Source of the DNA: Macrostomum lignano
Taxonomy: Eukaryota
Length of the DNA stretch: 64,000 nt
Direction of reading: 5' to 3'
Assembly: GCA_002269645.1 (NCBI GenBank)
Contig: NIVC01001678.1
Span: 1-64,000, forward strand
Part shown: positions 41,293 through 55,486 of the stretch, piece after piece
How positions within the stretch are numbered: position 1 is the first letter of the stretch
How the letters are laid out: every line of letters starts with the position of its first letter
The notes under the pieces: model-generated
What the model was told of the DNA's origin: nothing
The model's database searches: none
The model's input: only the letters and a program-made list of their open reading frames with translations
Translations under genes and position numbers: made by a program

Positions 41293-42114
41293 CGTTGGCA
41301 GTTGTGCTGCTAAAAAGTATAGGCACTGCAACAATGGTCAGTTCATTTCTGCATAGCTGCATTCACACAAATACAACTATAAAAACAGCAAAGATTTTTC
41401 ACTTACGAATTTATCCGGCTGAAAGAAGACAGTTGCTGCTTCTGTTGCTGCTGTAACAGGAAGCGAATATTATGAATTCGCGGAGAAATCAGAGTTGCGA
41501 GTCTTACAGGCTGCCTGACAGGGGGGGAGGTTGAGGTGGCTGATCTGATCGACTCCCCTCCCCCTGCTCTCGCCTCCGCTGCAAATCCCTGCAGTTTTTC
41601 TGTCTTCCCATTTTTCTGTATCCCCTCAGTTGAGTCTCTCGCTTCCCCTTCCTGCCGCCGCCGCGCCGCCGCCGCCGCCACCCCCCGTCTCAACCAGCAG
41701 CAGAAAGACTTTGAGAACTCGGGTGGCCTGTTGAGACCAACCTCTCGTCATCGGAGTTCTTCTCAGCCAATCGGGAAGGAGCTGCTATTTTTCTCCCCTA
41801 AACTCCCAACTCCACTCGCCCTTGCGTTCCTAAGCCAGGATCAGGGACTCCTACAAGCCTTCCTTATGTGCTGTTGTCTTCAATTCAATACGGATAAGGA
41901 TTCTCAAGTTTTTATTCAGTAAAATTTTTAGTCTAAATATCATCAGACAGCTGATTTCCCTCTCGGGTGAATTTGAGAATTCAGTCAGCAAAGAATTGAG
42001 TCTTTACTTATAAAACAAATCAAATTTTCTGCTTAAATTTTTTTTAAAAGGCTTCCAAAGAAATTGAATGGGGTCTGCAGAAACTGATATGGTCTCCGAA
42101 ACAGGACTGCTGAC

Positions 42115-42545
42115 CCTAAACATAACCTAAAACCTAACTCTAACCTAAGAAACCTAGCCTTAACCTATAACCAAATCCATTATCTAAAACTTAAATCTAA
42201 CCTAAAACCTATATCTTACCTAAAACCTAAATCTAACCTAAAACCTATATCTTACCTAAAACATATATCTAACCTAAAACCTAAATCTAACCTAAAACCT
42301 ATTTCTAACCTAAACCTAAATCTGACCTAAAACCTATATCTAACCTAAAACCTATATCTAACCTAAAACCTAAATCTAACCTAAAACCTATATCTTACCT
42401 AAAACATATATCTAACCTAAAACCTAAATATAACCTAAAACCTATATCTAACCTAAAACCTAACGATAGACTAGAACTTAACCTAACTTAAAAGCTGGAT
42501 CTAACCTAATACCTAACCCTGACCTAAAACCTAAACCCTAAGCTA
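42115..42545. repeat. 18-bp repeat AACCTAAAACCTAWATCT
   Basis: Direct observation. Confidence 0.85.
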
Positions 42546-43079
42546 AACCTCACACAGAGTCGCAAGTCACGTGACCCAGTTATTTTTCTACGATTTCTTT
42601 TTTCAAGAGACACCCGAAATTTGCGCTAATTTTTTTCTGCTTGTGCCTCTCTAAACCTGACTGACGGCTTCAGAGAAGCTGTAGAAGGAAAAATGAACTG
42701 GGGGGGGGGGATGGGGGCGAGAGGAGGCTGCTGGAATTATCAGATTTTTTTCCACAAAATCCCGTGTCCGAGCATTAGCGCCTGAAATCCTCTTAAAGAT
42801 AGATCTGCGCCTGCGTATAGAGGCTTAAGAAAGGCGACTTGAGCGTTGAGCAGTTCAGCGCTGAAAGCTGAAAACAGGATGAGACAGGCGCTGCCGACTG
42901 ACTTCTGAGCCTGCTGACTGATCGAGTCTTTGAGATGCCTGCAGGCAGCCGGGTCTGATGGAATCACGTGCATGGAAACTTGCCTGCTCTTTGCACTGCG
43001 CACACCGCACTGCTACCCCTCAACCTCTGACTCTATCCTGAATAGGCTTTTTCCTATTCACTCTTCCTACCTTCTAGCT

Positions 43080-43500
43080 TTCTACCCTTCCACCCCTAGA
43101 TACCCTTCTACCCTTAGATGCCCTACTACATTAGATACCCTTCTACCCCTAGGACCCTAGATAACCGTCCTAACCCTAGGACCCTAGATACCCTTCTACC
43201 CTTACCTTAATCTCAAGAGCTCCATCAGATACCCTTCCATCCCTAGATACCATTCTACCCCTAGATGCCCTACTACACTAGATACCCTACAACCCCTAGG
43301 ACCCTAGATATCCTTCTACCCCTAGTACCCTAGATACCCTTCTACCCCTAGATAACCCTTCTACCCCAAGGACCCTAGATAACCCTTCTACCCCTAGTAT
43401 CCTAGATACCCTTCTACCCCTAGATAACCCTTCTACCCCAAGGACCCTAGATACCCTTCTACCCCTAGATTCCCTTTTACCTCTAGGTACCCTTCTACTC
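43080..43500. repeat. TACCCCTAGATACCCTTC-type repeat
   Basis: Direct observation. Confidence 0.8.
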
Positions 43501-44664
43501 TAGACACCCTTTTATCCCTTTACTCTTAACTTCATTATATAAAAAGAAATATAAATAAGTTCATATCTTTTTACACCTTTTAATCACCGTTCTCTTCCTT
43601 CCTCTATACACTCTGCATTTCAGCCATTCACACCTGTAATACAACTAAAACATCTTGCCAGCCCAACCATAAATGATTTTACCTATGGTCCCAGCTTCGA
43701 ACCAATGTCCCGCGCCGCACACCAGCAGCAAGCCGCAGACGCGGGGTCTCATATAACAAAAAGAAGTGTCTCCTGCAGCAAAAGAAATTATGACACATGG
43801 CCGGACAAGCAGGCAGACGGACAGACAAGCTGAGATCAGTCAAAGACAAAGCATCGCGGCCCACAAGACTATCTTGTTCCCCGCATAAGCTCAAAACACA
43901 CAACAGCATCCCTTGAAGAGCTCCATCAGGGATCTGACCGCGGGCATTCCAACGACCTCCCTCACCTCTCATTAGCAGGCGGCTTGCTCTTATATTTTTT
44001 TATACAAAAAACAGACAAACAAACAGAGGAATCAGCAGACAGGATCAGCAGAGTGAGAGACACAGAAAACATGCGAAATCAACTCCCGACATCTTTTGAT
44101 GAAGCTTGGCATTGCACAGCATTGTATGGGATAAAATAACCCGTTTCTCAACATCTCCCAACTTCCTTGGTCATTGATACCCCCGACACGCAAAATCTTC
44201 TCTCTTTTCCCGCTAATGAGAGAAGATAATTGTTCATATTTTTTGGTCTCAAGCATCTCCCCCCCCCCCCTGTGCTCAAACCTGATCCTGCCAGGAGATC
44301 TGCCCTTATCGGAGAGGAAAAAATCCCCTTTGGGCAGGCATCCGGGATCCGACATGAAATGTGAGGCGCTCGCCAAGCGCATGAAATCCAACACACCAGG
44401 AGTTTGCTGGACAGCTACTGCCAAACTGTGCATGAATTAGTTGGGCAAGTGGGAACATCGCCCCCCCCCCCCTCGGGGTAGATTATATCTTAGCTTATAG
44501 CTTAGCCGGCATCGTCATATCCTAAAATCCTGGTTGCCAAGGGCCTCATTATTTTTTTAATGAATGAAGCTGGTGGTTTTTTGTTTGTTTAATTAGGGTT
44601 CCATATACATGTGCTGGCGGTTTTCTGCTATCTTCTTTTTTGCCTGTCTCCCCTGTCTCCCTTG

Positions 44665-45703
<1,039 letters not shown>

Positions 45704-46439
45704 TGACAAGACAACACACGCATTAAGCTTATTTCGAGTGCAGACCCGCCTATTCCAGAGCCACGCCCAGTCAAATTTGCTAAAAAAACTCCACAATATT
45801 TTTTTACCTGCAGCATGCTCGTATCAAATGATCTACAATGCTTCCGCAGCACCTGATGCCCTCGTGTCCAAATGCATCAGTCGGATATCGCCAGCAAAAA
45901 GTGGCACAACCCATTAATTCGCCGGCCGATCGCATGCACGCAAAGAAATCCCCTTTGTCAAATCAAACAGTTCTCTCTATTTTTATTAAAAAATCATCCC
46001 TTTCAGTCATCCGGCGCGGTCTGCAGCATCTGCTATTAGAAGACGGCAAAGAGAATGGAAGCAGACAGCTCAGATGCGGAGATTTCTGAGCAGCCATTAT
46101 TAAAGACAAAGTCGCATGGTCACGAACAGAGTCGCCCTTTGACCCAAGTGGATTTTTGCGAGAGGTACTCAAAAAACCCTACTTATCCGTTTCATTCCTT
46201 TGGGCGCTAAACAAGGCGGGGCCGATGGGAGCGGTCCATTTGTGCGTCGGCACCACAAAATGCTAATATATAGTCAACTTCATTTATTGGAAATTTCTTT
46301 CTCGATCTGCTTAGACATGGCTGGCACGTGACTCGGATGCTGAGGTTTTTGCTGAGTGGCCAAGGGCGCACTTTGATGAAGTGGCATATTTTCTAAGAAT
46401 TAGCCTATCTTGAAAAAATACATCTGGCTGGACTAGAAC

Positions 46440-47760
46440 ACCTAGGATTAGAATGGATTGCTAATCTGTGCCTTGGATTAGCATGGATTGCTAATCTATA
46501 CATTGGATTAGAATGGATTGCTATTCTATGCTTTGGATAAGAATGGATTGCTAATCTATGCCTTTGATTAGAATGGATTGCTAATCTATACATTGGATTA
46601 GAATGGATTGCTAATCTATACATAGGATTAGCATGGATTGCTAATCTATACATTGGATTAGAATGGATTGCTAATCTATGCCTTGGATTAGAATGAATTG
46701 CTAATCTATGCCTTGGATTAGAATGGATTGCTAATCTATGTCTTGGATTAGAATGGATTGCTAATCTATACATTGGATTAGAATGGATTGCTAATCTATA
46801 CATTGGATTAGAATGGATTGCTAATCTATGCCTTTGATTAGAATGGATTGCTAATCTATGCCATGGATTAGAATGAATTGCTAATCTATGTCTTGGATTA
46901 GAATGGATTGCTAATCTATGTCTTGGATTAAAATGGATTGCTAATCTATACATTGGATTAGAATGGATTGCTAATCTATGTCTTGGATTAGAATGGATTG
47001 CTAATCTATACATTGGATTAGAATGGATTGCTAATCTATACCTTGGATTAGAATGGATTGCTAATCTATACATTGGATTAGAATGGATTGCTAATCTATA
47101 CCTTCGATTAGAATGGATTGCTAATCTATGTCTTGGATTAGAATGGATTGCTAATCTATACATTGGATTAGAATGGATTGCTAATCTATACCTTGGATTA
47201 GAATGGATTGCTAATCTATGTCTTGGATTAGAATGGATTGCTAATCTATACATTGGATTAGAATGGATTGCTAATCTATGTCTTGGATTAGAATGGATTG
47301 CTAATCTATACATTGGATTAGAATGGATTGCTAATCTATACCTTGGATTAGAATGGATTGCTAATCTATACATTGGATTAGAATGGATTGCTAATCTATA
47401 CCTTCGATTAGAATGGATTGCTAATCTATGTCTTGGATTAGAATGGATTGCTAATCTATACATTGGATTAGAATGGATTGCTAATCTATACATTGGATTA
47501 GAATGGATTGCTAATCTATGTCTTGGATTAGAATGGATTGCTAATCTATACATTGGATTAGAATGGATTGCTAATCTATACATAGGATTAGCATGGATTG
47601 CTAATCTATACATTGGATTAGAATGGATTGCTAATCTATGCCTTTGATTAGAATGGATTGCTAATCTATGCCTTGGATTAGAATGGATTGCTAATCTATA
47701 CCTTGGATTAGAATGGATTGCTAATCTATGCCTTGGATTAGAATGGATTGCTAATCTATA
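46440..47760. repeat. 30-bp minisatellite CATTGGATTAGAATGGATTGCTAATCTATA
   Basis: Direct observation; 10-aa periodicity in the ORF track. Confidence 0.95.
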
Positions 47761-48389
47761 TCACTGCTTAGAATGTAGTCCAAAATTAAAAACATCAATC
47801 ATGCAGTCTCTTTATTCCGGAAAAGAATGCTGTTAAAAGCTGAGCAAGCAAGGCCCCCCCCACTTATTGATGCAAGCGGCGCACGCCAGGCTTCTGCAAC
47901 AGCTTCATAACAGAAATTAATTGGAGCTCAGATTGTTGAAACGAAAGCAAAAGAAGAAAGAGAAGAAGTTAGGGAGGCCAACACTTCAGTAAGACGATTT
48001 GTTCAAGAATTTCTTTTGTTTCGCTGTTGTTTGGAAAATGGGCAAGACTTGATGCAGCGACTGTGGCTGATTAATAAACCTCCCACTCTTACTTCTCTTC
48101 TCCCCGATCCCATGCGGCAGCGGGATCATTAGTGGATGAAGCAAAAAAACTCGATGAAGCGCTTAGCCGCGAGAGAGGCAGCTGAGACAACAATGGTCTT
48201 GCCTACTAATTGGAGATCTGAGCCGGCACACCGGTCTCTCAATGCATGCAGGCGCTCGACTTTCCGTAGCCCCGGCTTAAATCACTTCAGACAGCCGTGC
48301 ACCAGTCCGCTGAAGCCATTAAGTTGATGGAGACTTGGGCTACGAATCAATTGCTTGCGCCTACAGATTTTGCTTACGGTTATGCAGCA

Positions 48390-49190
48390 TCCAGCATCAT
48401 CCAGTGTCATCCAGAATCATCCAGAATCATCCAGTGTCATCCAGAATCATCCAGAATCATCCAGTGTCATCCAGTGTCATCCAGAATCATCCAGTGTCAA
48501 CCAGAATCATCCAGTGTCATCCAGAATCATCCAGTGTCATTCAGAATCATCCAGTGTCATTCAGAATCACCCAGTGTCATTCAGAATCATCCAGTGTCAT
48601 CCAGAATCATCCAGAATCATCCAGTGTCATCCAGAATCATCCAGTATCATCCAGAATCATCCAGTGTCATCCAGAATCATCCATTGTCATCTAGAATCAT
48701 CAAGTGTCATCCAGAATCATCCAGTGTCATTCAGAATCATCCAGTGTCATTCAGAATCATCCAGTGTCATCCAGAATCATCCAGAATCATCCAGTGTCAT
48801 CCAGAATCATCCAGTGTCATCCAGAATCATCCAGAATCATCCAGTATCATCCAGAATCATCCAGTATCATCCAGAATCATCCAGTATCATCCAGAATCAT
48901 CCAGTGTCATCCAGAATCATCCATTGTCATCTAGAATCATCAAGTGTCATCCAGAATCATCCAGTGTCATTCAGAATCATCCAGTGTCATTCAGAATCAT
49001 CCAGTGTCATCCAGAATCATCCAGAATCATCCAGTGTCATCCAGAATCATCCAGTGTCATCCAGAATCATCCAGAATCATCCAGTGTCATTCAGAATCAT
49101 CCAGTGTCATCCAGAATCATCCAGAATCATCCAGTGTCATTCAGAATCATCCAGTGTCATCCAGAATCATCCAGAATCATCCAGTGTAAT
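48390..49190. repeat. 10-bp two-variant repeat ATCCAGAATC/ATCCAGTGTC
   Basis: Direct observation. Confidence 0.93.
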
Positions 49191-49919
49191 CCTACATGTA
49201 GAAGAGTAGTGTTAGCATAGGAATTTGGTTATTCTACGCATATTCTATTATAGAATCTCACGTTATTTGATCTCGCCTGCCTGTGGCCCATCAGTCACTC
49301 ACGGGATGCCCATCCGCTAGCCAGAGCAAAATGCAGACATGAAGGATTATCAACTGTACCAACCCCAAGCCGGCCATCCACAGTGTCTGATTGACAGGTG
49401 CAGGCCAACATTTGACACGAACTCTGCGCTGCTATAAATCTGCTCCGCTTTGTGCTGGATGACGGATCCGGGCACAAAGCCAGTTTCCATGCCAGACTAA
49501 AGAGCGAAGATTTTCTTCTCCTTTTTCTTTAACTGACAGCGCCTTCACAAACCGAGTTTACCCCCCCCCCCCCCCGACTCGCTTCTCAGTCGAACTCGGC
49601 GCGCAAAAAAAGAGAGTTCGAGCGGAACAGGCAGCCCTCCCACAGTCCCCCAGATACAGCCGGCAGCAGCCAAGCAGAAGACGATTGCGGGCAAAAAATA
49701 ATAAAAGAGACTGGCCGCTAGGAGATTCGCCTGAAGCATGCGAAAATGACAGTTGTTGATAGCATGCGGATCTCGCGATCAAAAGAGAAACAGCGAGGGG
49801 GGTTGGCGAGATGCGATTTCGCTGGCTCAAAAGCGGAAAAACACATTTGGGAACAGATTTGTTCAATTAATGGGATTTTCTCTTGGAATACATTGTTAAT
49901 CTGCAGCCAGCATGACCTT

Positions 49920-50470
49920 AAATGGATTGCTAATCTAAAAACTACATGGATTGCTAATCTAGAAACTACATGGATTGCTAATCTAGAAACTACATGGATT
50001 GCTAATCTAGAGACTACATGGGTTGCTAATCTAGAGACAACATGGATTGCTAATCTAGAAACTACATGGATTGCTAATCTAGAAACTACATGGATTGCTA
50101 ATCTAGAAACTACATGGATTGCTATCTAGAGACAACATGGATTGCTAATCTAGAGACTAAATGGATTGCTAATCTAGAAACTACATGGATTGCTAATCTA
50201 GAGACTACATGGATAGCTAATCCTAGAGACTACATGGATAGCTAATCTAGAGACAACATGGATTGCTAATCTAGACACTAAATGGATTGCAAATTTAGAG
50301 ACTACATGGATAGCTAATCTAGAGACCACATGGATTGCTAATCTAGAAACTACATGGATTGCAAATCTAAAAACTACCTGGATTGCTAATCTAGAAACTA
50401 CATGGATTGCTAATCTAGAAACTACATGGATTGCTAATCTAGAAACTACATAGATACAGTGATATAATAG
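49920..50470. repeat. 24-bp minisatellite CATGGATTGCTAATCTAGAAACTA
   Basis: Direct observation; 8-aa periodicity in the ORF track. Confidence 0.92.
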
Positions 50471-51169
50471 ATTGCTAATCTACTGTATGCATCACGTGAC
50501 TTACTTGAAAACGCAGAACAACAGAAGATGCTGTTATAAGACCGAGATTAATTGAATCCACAAAGTTCTCCCACAGTCTGCTGTCTCAGCAGCAACTTAT
50601 AAGTTTGATACGCAAAACTGTGCCAGGCAGCCCCAATTTTCATGCCTATATTTGAAATGCGGGCAAGTGCACGGAGCACAGGTATGCAGGCAAAAATATA
50701 ATCAACTGCAGCACTGCCAGACCCGAGCAAAGCAGAAGCCAATTAGCGTTGCCTCCTTGGAGCCAGATTTTTTCTCAAACAATAATTGAACCAAGCTCTC
50801 CGGCTCTTGGCTCAGAAAATGCGTGATAGGCCTTCGCACCGCGCCGCAGGTATCAGAGCTTTTAAAACCATTAATATTAGCTGAGCAGTTTTTTAAAAAT
50901 GTTATATTGATATTTTTCGCAGAAGTGTAGCAAAAATATGCTAACGATCAAACAGAGTGAAAAGGCAGCCCCCGATCTTTCTCCGTGTTGAAGATTTTTT
51001 AGCTTCATTAAATAATATCTTCATAACTCTAGCACAGTCTGAGCGGCCAGCTTGAAGTGCGAAGCAAAACTGATACACAAGTGCAGCTGGGGATGCAGAG
51101 AGCAGCACTTCATGTTCGCCTTCTCAAAATGTCAGCAATTCAAATCTTGTCAGTCAGTGCTGACCAGAT

Positions 51170-52110
51170 TCAGATTCAGAGATGGCATCTTGTCAGATTC
51201 AAAGATGACATCTTGTCAGATTCAGAGATGACATCTTGTCAGATTCAAAGATGACATCTTGTCAGATTCAGAGATGACATCTTGTCAGATTCAGAGATGA
51301 CATCTTGTCAGATTCAAAGATGACATCTTGTCAGATTCAGAGATGACATCTTGTCAGATTCAAAGATGACATCTTGTCAGATTCAAAGATGACATATTGT
51401 CAGATTCAGAGATGACATCTTGTCAGATTCAGAGATGACATCTTGTCAGATTCAGAGATGACATCTTGTCGGATTCAGAGATGACATCTTGTCAGATTCA
51501 GAGATGACATCTTGTCAGATTCAGAGATGACATCTTGTCAGTCAGCGCTGATCAGATTCAGAGATGAAATCTTGTCAGATTCAAAGATGACATCTTGTCA
51601 GATTCAGAGATGACATCTTGTCAGATTCAGAGATGACATCTTGTCAGATTCAGAGATGACATCTTGTCAGATTCAGAGATGACATCTTGTCAGATTCAGA
51701 GATGACATCTTGTCAGATTCAGAGATGACATCTTGTCAGATTCAGAGATGACATCTTGTCAGATTCAAAGATGACATCTTGTCAGATTCAGAGATGACAT
51801 CTTGTCAGATTCAGAGATGACATCTTGTCAGATTCAGAGATGACATCTTGTCAGATTCAGAGATGACATCTTGTCAGATTCAGAGATGACATTTTTTCAG
51901 ATTCAGAAATGACATCTTGTCAGATTCAGAGATGACATCTTGTCAGATTCAGAGATGACATCTTGTCAGATTCAGAGATGACATCTTGTCAGATTCAGAG
52001 ATGACATCTTGTCAGATTCAAAGATGACATCTTGTCAGATTCAGAGATGACATTTTTTCAGATTCAGAAATGACATCTTGTCAGATTCAGAGATGACATC
52101 TTGTCAGTCA
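51170..52110. repeat. 23-bp minisatellite GATGACATCTTGTCAGATTCAGA
   Basis: Direct observation. Confidence 0.95.
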
Positions 52111-52402
52111 AATAAAGTTGACAGATGGATTACCCGTGACAAAATATGACTGTAGCCGACCGCAATAATGAAGGCAGAAAACAGCAACAATGGACTCATT
52201 TTATATTTAAACTGAAACTGTCAAAAGCTGACAGTTGATTGTATAGAACCAAAAATCTTTATATTATAAAATCATTTGGTTTTGTCATTCGAAAATGAAA
52301 GCTCAAATTATTTGAAAATAATATCAATAAAACAAAAATGCAGAATTGAAATTATAGTTGCTGTTTGTGACTTGAAGATAAACGGCGCTGCAGAAGCTTC
52401 GG

Positions 52403-53814
52403 TCATTTGTGCCTGAGAGCGGCCAAGCGTTGAGTCAGTTCGTCCTGGAAAAAAAGCATATTTCGTACATGCAATATATGCTTTAGCTACACTACTTACA
52501 GTAGGAGAAAGAATTTTATTTGAAAAAAGCAAAGAAAAGCTATAAAAAACCTGTTCGCTGCTGACGGTGGAGGTTCCAACAGGAGCGGCTTTGCCGCTAT
52601 CTGGAAGCTGCTGCCTGAGCTCGATGCCGGCTTCATCAGCCGACTGCTGCATCAGCGAATCGACCTCGGCCTGCGGTGTCGACAGAGTAGACGCATTAGC
52701 CATCGTGTCGTCCATAACTCGCGACTGGACGTCCAGGTGTTCGAATTCGCGTTCGAATTTTTCCATCAGCTTGGACATCTGTTCCAGGTTCATGCTGCGC
52801 ATGGCCGCCTCCATGCCTTTCACTACGCCTGACATGCTGCCCGTGACCTGCGGGGTGTCACGTGACAGCGATTGGATGATGGAGCTGACACTGTTTCAGA
52901 GTGCCCGACATTTCTGACACCTCCATTCCATGGTGTCTAACATGTCTAACACACCTGATTCCCTGGTGTCTAACATGTCTAACACACCCTGATTCCATGG
53001 TGTCTAACATGTCTAACACACCTGATTCCCTGGTGTCTAACATGTCTAACATACCCTGATTCCATGGTGTCTAACATGTCTAACACACCTGATTCCATGG
53101 TGTCTAACATGTCTAACACACCCTGATTCCCTGGTGTCTAACATGTCTAACACACCTGATTCCCTGGTGTCTAACGCACCCTGATTCCCTGGTGTCTAAC
53201 ACACCCTGATTCCCTGGTGTCTAACACATTCTGGTTCCCTGGTGTCTAACATGTCTAACACACCCTGATTCCCTGGTGTCTAGCACACCTGATTCCATGG
53301 TGTCTAACATGTCTAACACACCCTGATTATACGGTGTCTAACATACCCTGATTATACGATTTCTAACACACCGTGATTCTACGGTGTCTAAAACACCTGA
53401 TTCCATGGTGTCTAACACACCCTGATTCTACGGTGTCTAACATATTTAACACCTCGATTCAATATCGTGTAATCTATCATAACGTGTCCACATCTAACAT
53501 CTAATTTGATTGTATCCAACAGCATTCTTTAATGATATCTAGATCTTTAATATCTAGCTTGCCTGTTTCGTGGTGATAGCAGTCTGCACTCTGCCAGTCA
53601 CTGCGTCAATCCTGGCGCCCATTCGCCGATAACTAAGCGCCTGATTACGCTGCCTAATAGCATTCTCGGCGTGTATCTGGGCAGCGTCCATGCTGCCCTT
53701 TAGCATAGCGTTGCGCAGTTTGACTCGCTCGGCTGCCTCGCTTCGATCGCACTGCTTAGCGTTGCGTTCCAAATCTTTGGCGGCTAATTTCAAATTGAAC
53801 AGATGCTTGTCCAT
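52403..53814 (-). CDS. CHMP1B: Charged multivesicular body protein 1 (ESCRT-III, Did2/Vps46 family), CHMP1B-like
   Basis: Exons 53814-53563, 52847-52551 and 52444-52403. Translation MDKHLFNLKLAAKDLERNAK...IHAENAIRQRNQA...TTKQ|VTGSMSGVVKGM...EHLDVQ...ADEAGIEL...SSEQ|DELTQRLAALRHK* follows recalled human CHMP1B (MEKHLFNLKFAAKEL...EQDELSQRLARLR). The first coding intron is GC-AG. Confidence 0.95.
52925..53460. repeat. 33/34-bp minisatellite CTGATTCCATGGTGTCTAACATGTCTAACACAC in the CHMP1 intron
   Basis: Direct observation. Confidence 0.88.
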
Positions 53815-53949
53815 GAATAATTCGCTTCGGGGAGGTGGCAGGTCAGCTCGCATGCAAAATCATTACTTATTTTATCAGCTACTGATAGTAATACCTACGG
53901 TTATGTAAATAGACTGTACCTCATTCATCCAGTTGGTGTTTTTCAATTA

Positions 53950-54865
53950 ACTGACACTGGAGCTGACGGGGACTGACACTGGAGCTGACAGGGACTGACA
54001 CTGGAGCTGACAGGGACTGACAGTGGAGCTGACGGGGACTGACAGTGGAGCTGACGCTGGAGCTGACGGGGACTGACACTGGAGCTGACAGGGACTGACA
54101 CTGGAGCTGACAGGGACTGACACTGGAGCTGACGGGGACTGACACTGGAGCTGACGGGGACTGACAGTAGAGCTGACGGGGACTGACAGTGGAGAAGACA
54201 GGGACTGACAGTGGAGCTGACGCTGGAGCTGACAGGGACTGACAGTGGAGCTGACAGGGACTGACAGTGGAGCTGACGGGGACTGACAGTGGAGCTGATG
54301 CTGGAGCTGACAGCGACTGACAGTGGAGCTGACGGGGACTGACAGTGGAGCTGACGGGGACTGACAGTAGAGCTGACGGGGACTGACAGAAGAGCTGACG
54401 GGGACTGACAGTAGAGCTGACGGGGACTGACAGTAGAGCTGACGGGGACTGACAGTGGAGCTGACGGGGACTGACAGTGGAGCTGACACTGGAGCTGACA
54501 GGGACTGACAGTGGAGCTGACAGGGACTGACAGTAGAGCTGACGCGGACTGACAGTGGAGCTGACGGGGACTGACAGTGGAGCTGACACTGGAGCTGACA
54601 GGGACTGACAGTGGAGCTGACAGGGACTGACAGTGGAGCTGACAGGGGAGCTGACGCTGGAGCTAACGGGGACTGACAGTGGAGCTGACGGGGACTGACA
54701 GTGGAGCTGACACTGGAGCTGACAGGGACTGACAGTGGAGCTGACAGGGACTGACAGTGGAGCTGACACTGGAGCTGACAGGGGAGCTGACGCTGGAGCT
54801 AACGGGGACTGACTGTGGAGCTGACAGGGGAGCTGACGGGGACTGACAGTGGAGCTGACGGGGAC
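53950..54865. repeat. 22-bp minisatellite GAGCTGACRGGGACTGACAGTG in the inferred CHMP1 5'-UTR intron
   Basis: Direct observation. Confidence 0.92.
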
Positions 54866-55486
54866 TTCGAGCCCTCTTAACCATCAGTGGAGGCGGCAGT
54901 TGGTGGCTGGGGGGGGGGTTGGAACAAGACCACACAACAGACCAATTACAATGAATTAAAAGAACAAAGTCAAAGGCGCACACTCATACACGCACAATGA
55001 GAGAAATTATTTACCAGAGCGCAACGACAGGGCGGGTGAAACCAGTTTAAACTGGACACTGGAGAAAATAATAATATTTAAACCAGCATCATATTAATAG
55101 GTATTATGATTATTGTTTTAATTATTAAAAGCGCAATCAGGTCATATTAGATAACTGCAGAATGGGTATTCTTTCTTGAATTGCGGGCTGGTTGAAGAGT
55201 GGCAGTCGGATAACTGCTTATTAAAAATGACGTTTTTACCTAATTTTTTACAAGCTCTCTAACAGTCGGTTAAACTAGGGGGGATACTACTGAACTGTAC
55301 GAGTAAGTAGTTGAAAAGCATTTTTTCTTATGCTGGAATCCAACGTTTTTTTTCAATTATTTACTACGGCCAAAAACACTAACCAAACATAAACAGACTG
55401 ATAGAAAACGCAGACAAAGTGAATAATTATGAATTGCTTACAATTAGTAAATTATGTAATAATCAATAAATTAATGAATGCGCCAA

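Noticed and set aside
46440-52110. Regular 23-30 bp arrays that superficially resemble CRISPR
   Set aside because: Units are contiguous with no unique spacers, there are no cas genes, and the context is eukaryotic.
46405-54983. Repetitive ORFs such as MYRLAIHSNP, SSRIIQCHPE, WIANLETT and SVPVSSTVSP
   Set aside because: Their periodicity equals the DNA repeat unit, and there is no start context or splice support.
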